From the NCBI RefSeq assembly GCF_003324675.1, contig NZ_CP030918.1, positions 1,140,001 to 1,172,000 of the forward strand: a DNA stretch of 32,000 nt, in the 5' to 3' direction. A program made the position numbers and the translations under genes. Within the stretch, counting starts at the first letter, position 1; each line of letters opens with the position of its first letter. This DNA is from Paracoccus suum (GTDB lineage: Bacteria; Pseudomonadota; Alphaproteobacteria; Rhodobacterales; Rhodobacteraceae). The notes under the pieces are model-generated. The model did no database searches, was not told where the DNA came from, and was given only the letters and a program-made list of their open reading frames with translations. Shown piece by piece: positions 25,380-32,000 of this stretch.

Positions 25380-26338
25380 GCCACAACCCTCCGCCGGCGC
25401 GCATACCAGAGCTGGGCAATGCCGGTCAGCATGGTGACCGCGAACACCACCGAGCCGATGGCCGCGGCGTAGCCCATGTCATTCTGGTTAAAGCCCTGCT
25501 CGTAAAGCCAGGTGCCCAAGACCTGGCTGGAGTTGTTCGGGCCGCCGCCGGTCATGACCATGACCTCGTTAAAGACCTGGAACGCGCCGGTGATGGTCAC
25601 GATGATCATCATCGCCGTCATCTCGCGTGTCAGTGGGAAGGTGATGTTCCACAGCTGCCGCAGCGGCCCCGCGCCATCCATTCGCGCGGCGTCGTAAAGC
25701 TCCTGCGGGATTTTCTGGATGGCGAGCGAGAACAGCAGCGTCGAGTAGCCGAAGCCCTGCCACTGGCTCATCGCGATGATGGCGTAGATCGCGGTCCGCG
25801 GATCGCCCAGCCAGACCCGCGACCAATGCTCGAGGCCGGTCATCGTCAGCAGGCCGTCGAGGATGCCGATATTGGGCTGGTAGATGAAATAGAACAGCAG
25901 GCCGGTTACGGTCGTCGAGATGGCCGATGGGATGAAATACACCGCCCGCCAGATCGCCCGCCACTTGGCCGAGCGCAGCCCCTCGATGATCGAGGCGAGG
26001 ACGAAGGCGCCCAACACCTGAAATATGATCGAGATCACCGCATAGGCGGTGTTGTTCCACAGCGCACGGGTGATCACCGGATCGCTCGCCAGCCGCCGGT
26101 AGTTGTCGAGGCCGACCTGCGTGACCTCGCCCGTGAATATGTCCTGGTTGGTGGTGCTGACGATGAAGTTGTCGATGATCGGGTAGTAGACAAACCAGCC
26201 GACGATGATCAGCGCGACCGCCACCCAGCGCAGGCCAAGCGCGCGATCGATCGCCTGCCGCGCAAGCGGGCGGCGGGGTGGGGGCGAAACGGCGCCGACA
26301 GGGGCGCCGCTTCTCGTGGTCATGGAGGGCAATGCCAT
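25376..26338 (-). CDS. Carbohydrate ABC transporter permease (MalF/UgpA type)
   Basis: EAA-like loop YDAARMDGAGPLRQLWNITFP. Start set at ATG 26338 to avoid overlapping the binding-protein gene. The start is uncertain (26323 and 26389 are alternatives). Confidence 0.85.
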   Translation of the reverse strand: MALPSMTTRSGAPVGAVSPPPRRPLARQAIDRALGLRWVAVALIIVGWFVYYPIIDNFIVSTTNQDIFTGEVTQVGLDNYRRLASDPVITRALWNNTAYAVISIIFQVLGAFVLASIIEGLRSAKWRAIWRAVYFIPSAISTTVTGLLFYFIYQPNIGILDGLLTMTGLEHWSRVWLGDPRTAIYAIIAMSQWQGFGYSTLLFSLAIQKIPQELYDAARMDGAGPLRQLWNITFPLTREMTAMMIIVTITGAFQVFNEVMVMTGGGPNNSSQVLGTWLYEQGFNQNDMGYAAAIGSVVFAVTMLTGIAQLWYARRRRVVA

Positions 26339-26345
26339 CAGCGTA

Positions 26346-27659
26346 TCACTTGGCCGAAGCGGCGGCCTTGCGAACCTCGGCCACGACATCCTCGGCGGGT
26401 ATCGAGCCGCCGATGAAGGCCTGCAGGTTCGACAGCCACGCCGCGGCGACCTTGGGATGGTTCACCGTGTCCAGCCATTGCATCAGGTATGAGGCCTGCG
26501 CGATCTTCTCGAGGCCGCCGACGACCGACGGGCTCATCTGCGCGGGATCGCTGCCGCCGATGACCGCGCTCGGCTGGCCATAGGGCGGAGCCGAAAGGAT
26601 CTTGGCGTTCTCGGGGCTGGCGACGAACTTCATGAAGTCGATCGCCAGCGGCACGTTGTCCGATGCTGCGCTGATCATGTAGCCCTCGGGGGCACCCTCC
26701 AGCGCCTTCGGATCGCCCTTGGCATCCTTGGGCGCGGGCAGCGCGAAAAAGCCGAACTCCTCGGGCTTCAGCGTCGTGTCGGCCTTGGCGGAGTTATCGA
26801 ACTCGATGATCTCCTGGTAATACATGGCCGACTTGCCGTCGCTCAGGTCCTGGATCGCGGTCTGGTACGAGATGCCGTTGACGTCCGCGCCGATGGTGCA
26901 GCGATCCACGATCTGCTTCAGTTGGTTCAGCGCCGCGACATAGCCAGGGTCGCTGTATTCCGCCGTCGCCGGATTGAAGTCCTTTTCCAGAACCGCCTGC
27001 GGGACGTTGTAGGCCAGAAGCTGCCCCAGGTAATGGACGCCGGCCCACGGCTCCTTGTTGCCGAACGAGATCGGCGTGATACCCGCGGCCTTGATCTTGT
27101 CGCAGGCTGCCAGCAGCCCGTCGAGGTCGGCCGGCTCGGTCAGGCCTTGGTCAGCGAAGATTTTCTTGCTGTAGCCCATGAACTTGGCATCGAGGTAAAG
27201 CGGGATGCCGTAGCTCTTGCCGTTGTAGACGAAGGCGGACAGCGCGGCGGGGGCGAAGGTCTTGCCCCATTCGGTGTCCGGCCCGATCACCGGCGTGAGG
27301 TCCACAGCGCGCTTGCCGCGCACGAAGTTGCCGCCCCAGGTCCCGGTCCACGAAAAGAACACGTCGGGAATCGAGTTCGAGGCGACCAGCGTCTTGGTCT
27401 TGCCCTTGACGCTGTCGTCATCCTCCTGGATCAGCTCGATCTTCACGCCCGGGTGCTGGGCCTCGTACTGTTTCGCCAGATCGGTGAAATACGGCGCTAG
27501 CCGCTGCATGCCGAACTTGGTCAGCACCGTCAGCGAACCCTTGTAATCGACTGTTGCCGCCGGATCGGCCGTTTCGGTGGCAGCGAAGGCCGCCGCTCCC
27601 CATCCCAGAGCCGAGACCGTGCCGGCGACGGCCGCAATCGTGCGCAGTGACCCCTTCAT
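26346..27659 (-). CDS. ABC transporter extracellular solute-binding protein (family 1)
   Basis: Signal peptide MKGSLRTIAAVAGTVSALGWGAAAFA. About 437 aa SBP_bac_1-like. Confidence 0.9.
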   Translation of the reverse strand: MKGSLRTIAAVAGTVSALGWGAAAFAATETADPAATVDYKGSLTVLTKFGMQRLAPYFTDLAKQYEAQHPGVKIELIQEDDDSVKGKTKTLVASNSIPDVFFSWTGTWGGNFVRGKRAVDLTPVIGPDTEWGKTFAPAALSAFVYNGKSYGIPLYLDAKFMGYSKKIFADQGLTEPADLDGLLAACDKIKAAGITPISFGNKEPWAGVHYLGQLLAYNVPQAVLEKDFNPATAEYSDPGYVAALNQLKQIVDRCTIGADVNGISYQTAIQDLSDGKSAMYYQEIIEFDNSAKADTTLKPEEFGFFALPAPKDAKGDPKALEGAPEGYMISAASDNVPLAIDFMKFVASPENAKILSAPPYGQPSAVIGGSDPAQMSPSVVGGLEKIAQASYLMQWLDTVNHPKVAAAWLSNLQAFIGGSIPAEDVVAEVRKAAASAK

Positions 27660-27702
27660 TCTTCGTCTCCTCCTGCTGTGCTTTTGCTTTGCTTCTGCCG
27701 CG

Positions 27703-28716
27703 TCAGTATTCGACGCGCTTGTAGTAGCGGCGGGTGGTCAGCGGGTGGTCGCGCAGCACCTCCAGATGCGCGCTGACACGCTGCAGCAGCGTGGCGAGGA
27801 CAGCCGGCGAGACGAGGGCGCGCACCCGCGGCGAGATGCCGGGCAACGCCACGCCTGCGGCGTCGAGGACACGGACCTTGTCGGTGTAGCGGTGCGCAAA
27901 GCGCTCGGCCCGCTCGCCCAGCGGGCGCAGCACGTCCTCGCCCTTCAGCAGGAAGACGCTGACCCCCGGCTCGACCAGCTCCAGCGTGCCGTGGAAGAAG
28001 TCCGCGGCGTGGACCGGACGGGTGCGGATCCACTGCATCTCCTCGAGGATGCACATCCCGTAGTAATGCGCCTCGGGCCAGGCAGAGCCGGCGGCTGTGA
28101 AGATGTGGTAGGGCTCGTCCTTGATGGCCTCGGCCAGCTTGGCGGCCTCGGGCTCATAGCTCTCTTTCGCGGCAGCAAGCAGTTCGGGCATGATTTTCAG
28201 CTCTGCCAGAACCGCCTCGTAGTCGCTGATCGCCCCGATCTCGTCCAGCAGCGCAAGCGCGATCACGAGGGTCTGCAGGTAGAAGGATTCGGATGAAGTG
28301 TCGTCCTCGGCAAAGTTCGTGTAGGTGTAGCTTGCCTCGCGGGCCAGCGGCGTTTCGGCGTGCCCGGTCAACGACAGCGTTGTCACGCCCCGCTCGTTCA
28401 GGAACTTCAGCAGTTCGACGCCTTCGCGGGTCGTGCCCGACAGCGACGGAATGACGACAAGCGCTTTGTCATCCAGGCCGGCTGGCGGGTCCAATACCAC
28501 CTGGGCGGGGTAACAGGCGTCGACAGGAAAATTGCTGGCCTGGCGGATCAGGTCGACAGCGGGCAGCGTCAGAAGCTGCACCCCGCCGGTGCCCATGAAG
28601 TATAGCCGCTCGATTCCCTTGCCCAGCAGATCGCGGATCAGGGGACGCACTTCTTCGGCAATCGCAACCGCGCCGCTCTGGATGCGAATGAAACGGTCCT
28701 TGTCGAAATTCAGCAT
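27703..28716 (-). CDS. SIS-domain protein, fructoselysine-6-phosphate deglycase (FrlB)-like
   Basis: Two SIS halves (FMGTGGV, IPSLSGTTRE). HGTLELVEPGVSVFLL parallels the recalled FrlB HGPLEIVEPGVPFLFL. The C-terminal RRYYKRVEY parallels FrlB RRYYGGLVEY. Confidence 0.85.
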   Translation of the reverse strand: MLNFDKDRFIRIQSGAVAIAEEVRPLIRDLLGKGIERLYFMGTGGVQLLTLPAVDLIRQASNFPVDACYPAQVVLDPPAGLDDKALVVIPSLSGTTREGVELLKFLNERGVTTLSLTGHAETPLAREASYTYTNFAEDDTSSESFYLQTLVIALALLDEIGAISDYEAVLAELKIMPELLAAAKESYEPEAAKLAEAIKDEPYHIFTAAGSAWPEAHYYGMCILEEMQWIRTRPVHAADFFHGTLELVEPGVSVFLLKGEDVLRPLGERAERFAHRYTDKVRVLDAAGVALPGISPRVRALVSPAVLATLLQRVSAHLEVLRDHPLTTRRYYKRVEY

Positions 28717-28782
28717 GATTTCCCTCTGAGTGTGGTGCCAGCGGTCATCGGGCCAGCACCCGGCTTGCGCGGAGCGATTGGA

Positions 28783-28798
28783 GTGAGACCGGTCTCAC
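28783..28798. promoter_or_regulatory. Candidate LacI-family operator: perfect 16-bp palindrome GTGAGACC|GGTCTCAC
   Basis: Fits the generic LacI-family pattern (TG..A.CG.T..CA with a central CG). Lies 67-82 nt upstream of the frlB-like start and immediately downstream of the LacI gene. Confidence 0.55.
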
Positions 28799-28872
28799 AT
28801 CCGGAAATTAGTCGCGCGATTAATCCTCTGGCAAGGACTTTTTTTTGCGGCTTTGGAAATCCGCGCTTTCGG

Positions 28873-29904
28873 TCAGCGCCGCGGCTGGCCCCCGGGCTTG
28901 CCGACCGAACCCCGGATGATGAGCCGGGTGGGGAAGCGCGTAGCCTCCGGCTCGCCGGTCCCGGTGATGCGATCCTGCAGCAATTTCACCGCCTGCGCAC
29001 CGATCCGCGCCACCGGTTGCGAAACGACGGTGATCTGCGGATCAGTGAACGTAGCAAGGTCGAAATCGTCAAAGCCGATGAGCGAGACATCGTGCGGGAC
29101 CGACAGGCCCATGGACCGCAAGGCCAGCAGCGCACCGGTCGTCATAAGGCTGTCCACCGTCAATAGCGCGGTCGGCGGCTCTGGCTGGCTGAACAGCCGA
29201 ATCGCCGCCTCAATGGTGGATTCGACAGTAGATTGCGAGACGGCGATCAGCCGCTCCTCGACCGCAAGGCCGTGGCCAGTCAGGGCGTCGACATAGCCGC
29301 CGAGACGCTCGCGGGCCGTCACGATTCGCGAATCGTCATGAATCAGCGCGATCCGCCGGTGGCCATTGCTGACGAAATAGCTGATCGCCTCGCGCGCACC
29401 GCCCTCGTTGTCGACGGTCACGCTGCTGCAGGGCACATCTCGCGCCATTCGGTCGATGATCACCAGTGGCACGCCCTCGTTCACGAGCGCCACCAGATGA
29501 CCGGTATCGTCGGCCGAGGCCGGCGCCACGATCAGCCCGCGGACGTTGAGGCTGCGCAGGCTGTCCACCACCTCTCGCTCCTGCTCGATGCTCTCCTCGC
29601 TGCTGGCGATCATCAGGCTGTGCCGGGTGGGCCGCAGGGCGCCGTCGAGGTCATGGGCGATGCGCGCAAAGAACGGGTTCTGGATGTCGCCGGGCACGAA
29701 GCCGACAATGGGCATCTGCCCCTGACGCAGCGCCTGCGCGACGCGGTTGCCGCGATATCCAAGGCGGGCGGCGGCCTCTTGCACCCGGACTGCGGTGTCG
29801 TCGCCCACATACCCATAACCGTTCAGCGCCCGCGCCGCCGTGGCGCGAGAGACTTTCGCGGCATCGGCAATGTCGCGAACGGTGACGGGCTTTTTCTGGG
29901 ACAT
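28873..29904 (-). CDS. LacI-family transcriptional regulator
   Basis: From internal ATG 29904: VTVRDIADAAKVSRATAARALNG helix-turn-helix, followed by a periplasmic-binding-protein-like sugar-binding fold. Confidence 0.9.
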   Translation of the reverse strand: MSQKKPVTVRDIADAAKVSRATAARALNGYGYVGDDTAVRVQEAAARLGYRGNRVAQALRQGQMPIVGFVPGDIQNPFFARIAHDLDGALRPTRHSLMIASSEESIEQEREVVDSLRSLNVRGLIVAPASADDTGHLVALVNEGVPLVIIDRMARDVPCSSVTVDNEGGAREAISYFVSNGHRRIALIHDDSRIVTARERLGGYVDALTGHGLAVEERLIAVSQSTVESTIEAAIRLFSQPEPPTALLTVDSLMTTGALLALRSMGLSVPHDVSLIGFDDFDLATFTDPQITVVSQPVARIGAQAVKLLQDRITGTGEPEATRFPTRLIIRGSVGKPGGQPRR

Positions 29905-30074
29905 GCCTGCTTTTCGGTCGATGTGGTGCTGGGCGCAAGTCGCGCTTCGGCCTACCAGAGCGAGAAAGGGGCCGAAAGTTTCAAGATGGTGCGGCAACTT
30001 GCATGTTCGGTTCGCCTCGGCGGCAGGGGGGCGAATCTGCTGCGGCGACCTGACCGCGCCGCGGGTGCTATGGG

Positions 30075-30098
30075 GGGGCGCGGCCGAAGCCGCGCCCC
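30075..30098 (-). terminator. GC-rich hairpin after the phytase-like gene (GGGGCGCGGC-TTCG-GCCGCGCCCC on the minus strand)
   Basis: Perfect 10-bp stem with a UUCG tetraloop, 7 nt after the stop codon. No clear U tract. Confidence 0.5.
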
Positions 30099-30104
30099 GC
30101 CAGA

Positions 30105-32000
30105 TTATTTCGGCAGATCGAAGGACCAGAGGAAGGTCTCGCCAGAACTGTCATCGACGCCGTCATTGTCAGTGACGACCCAGGCCTTGCCTTCCGGAGT
30201 GATGGCCAGGCCCTCGACCTTGTCCACCACGTAGCCGCCCCAGGTCTTGAGATCCGGGATCAGGTCGCGCACCACCTCCTTGGTCACGACGGGCAACTCG
30301 CCGCCGAGCGGCGCGGGCTTCAGATCGGCCAGGTTGACCCGCGTGACCTGCTTCAGTGCAGCGGCCTGACCGATCAGGTTGTCCCGCTCGATCAGGTACA
30401 GCGCGCCGTCATGCGCCGTGACTTCGGACAGACCGACCCAACCCTCTCCGCTTTCCAGCGGATAACGGACGCCGGTCCATTCTTCCGTCGCCGGGTCGAG
30501 GTGCAGCAGCTTGACCTGGCCCTTGGGGTCGTCCTTCCATTCCCGCTGAACGGCGAGCCACAGGCCGCCATCCACGACCGTCACGCCTTCGAAACCGAAC
30601 CGGGTGGACTGGGCGTCGAGGTCTTTCGGCAGAGCGATTTCCTGCGTGATGGCGCCCTTGCCATCCACATGCAGCACGGCGTGCGCGACTTCCTTTTCGG
30701 GGTTGCCTTCGCTGGCCAGCCAGAAGCCGCCCTGACCGTCGGCAGCAATGCCCTCGAGGTCCAGTTTTTCAGCCGGCTTGCCGTCACGGGTGACGACCGT
30801 GGCGGCCGTGATCTTTGCGGGCATGGTGGTCGTATCGATTGTGTAGATAGACGGCGCAGCGCTGTAGAAGCTGTCACTGACCGCGTAGAGGATCGAGGAG
30901 TTCGTAGGATCAACGGTCAGTCCCGACAACGCGCCCCAGCCAATCGTCTGACCTTCGGCGGTTTCGATAGTCGGGTAGATCGGCGCGGCGTCCTGACGCT
31001 CGTAGATCATGACATGGGCGCGGGCGGCGCCGTCTTCGCCGAGGTCGGTCTCGTTCGCGGTTGCAAACAGGTTGCGCTGAGGAACAGCGACGAGGCCCTC
31101 CGGTCCGATGCCCGAGGCCATGGCCTGCAGCAGTTTCGGCGCCGCGGGATCGGTCACGTCGAAGGCGAAGGTCACGCTGCCACGCTCGGACGCGACAAAG
31201 ATGGTCGGTGTGCCGTCATAGGTGGCGAAGATCACCGCCTCCGGCTCGCCGCCCTTCTTGCCCGACCGGCCCTCGGGGTAATGGCCGATTTTCATAAGTT
31301 CCCGCTCGAGCAGGTTGCCGCTGTCGTAGACGACGGTGCCGTCCTTTTTCCAGACGGTGAAGCCGCGGCTGCCGCCTTTCCAGTCGCCCTCGTTCGCAGT
31401 GACGAAGTGATCGTTGTCGATCCAAGCGACCGCGTCCGGTTCGCGCGGCACGCCGGTCAGGCTGCCGGTGGGGTCGATCTTGCCGTCTTTCTCGGTATCG
31501 ACGTCTTTCAGGTCAACGCTGCCCGCGCTGAAATGTCCGGCGACCGTGTTGTCAGTGCCGATCACGACGATGTGATTGTTTTCCTGCAGCGTGACGACCA
31601 GTTCACCGGCGGCGTTGTAGTCCAGATATTCCGGCTCCGGATCCACCGGAGCTACTTCGGCAAGGCCTGTCAACTCGATCTTGGTCATCGCAGCGCAGTC
31701 GGCCGAGCCGTCCTTCACGGGGATCACGACGACGTAACCGGCGGGCATCTGGGGCAGGGCGCCGTCATTCACCTCTTCATCGCGCTCGTTCTCGATCGCG
31801 ACGGCGATGCGGCTGCCATCCTTGTTGCGGGCGACCGAGTCTGGCTGGCCGCCGAGGTCGCAACTGGCGACGACCTTGCCGGCGGCGAGGTCGATCTGGC
31901 GAAGCGCGCCGGAGGGGGTGGCGAAACTTTCCGAGGTGTTCACGCCGGCGAAGGCGCTCTGGCCGATCACGACGGTGGTCGTCGGCTCGCCATCCATCGG
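30105..32000 (-). CDS. Phytase-like esterase / beta-propeller family protein, N-terminus outside the window
   Basis: C-terminal half has repeated propeller-like blocks (LEGIAADGQGGFWLASEG, FEGVTVVDGGLWLAV, LSEVTAHDGALYLIERDN, VEGLAITPEGKAWVVTDND) typical of 'esterase-like activity of phytase' proteins. The frame is still open at base 32000. Confidence 0.75.
   Translation of the reverse strand, partial: PMDGEPTTTVVIGQSAFAGVNTSESFATPSGALRQIDLAAGKVVASCDLGGQPDSVARNKDGSRIAVAIENERDEEVNDGALPQMPAGYVVVIPVKDGSADCAAMTKIELTGLAEVAPVDPEPEYLDYNAAGELVVTLQENNHIVVIGTDNTVAGHFSAGSVDLKDVDTEKDGKIDPTGSLTGVPREPDAVAWIDNDHFVTANEGDWKGGSRGFTVWKKDGTVVYDSGNLLERELMKIGHYPEGRSGKKGGEPEAVIFATYDGTPTIFVASERGSVTFAFDVTDPAAPKLLQAMASGIGPEGLVAVPQRNLFATANETDLGEDGAARAHVMIYERQDAAPIYPTIETAEGQTIGWGALSGLTVDPTNSSILYAVSDSFYSAAPSIYTIDTTTMPAKITAATVVTRDGKPAEKLDLEGIAADGQGGFWLASEGNPEKEVAHAVLHVDGKGAITQEIALPKDLDAQSTRFGFEGVTVVDGGLWLAVQREWKDDPKGQVKLLHLDPATEEWTGVRYPLESGEGWVGLSEVTAHDGALYLIERDNLIGQAAALKQVTRVNLADLKPAPLGGELPVVTKEVVRDLIPDLKTWGGYVVDKVEGLAITPEGKAWVVTDNDGVDDSSGETFLWSFDLPK

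Overview
High-GC (probably Rhodobacterales-type alphaproteobacterial) chromosomal window in three parts. (1) 1-8540 is a housekeeping block: serA 3' part, metallophosphoesterase, creA, hspQ, a STAS/RsbW-like partner-switching pair, thiolase, ybaK-family gene, leuB, DMT transporter and tRNA-Pro(CGG). (2) 8541-20285 is a variable region starting directly after the tRNA. It opens with two small integrase-less cassettes (about 2.6 kb and 2.0 kb) bounded by three copies of a shared core repeat. The flanking homology follows the pattern B-O-P', P-O-P', P-O-B' expected for tandem site-specific integration. Behind them lies a gene-decay tract: a frameshifted and 5'-truncated UvrA paralogue, an alpha/beta-hydrolase with a frameshift and an in-frame TAG, and a truncated glutamate-synthase-family fragment. 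These are interspersed with intact genes (PEP-mutase family, PepSY, DUF2946). (3) 20286-29904 is a minus-strand LacI-controlled frlB/frlC/frlD-like Amadori (fructosamine/opine-like) utilisation locus with an ABC importer and an FAD oxidoreductase, followed by a partial phytase-like beta-propeller gene. The most interesting candidate is the tRNA-Pro cassette array. Its att-like sites are densely decorated with AGGCA-type motifs. Its cargo is a DUF3396-like immunity-type protein, an unknown acidic protein, an unannotated 57-aa membrane protein, and an HxlR-ABM-DsbA redox module. All family assignments rest on recalled motifs and consensus; no searches were run. Many long ORFs in the six-frame track are antisense high-GC artefacts.
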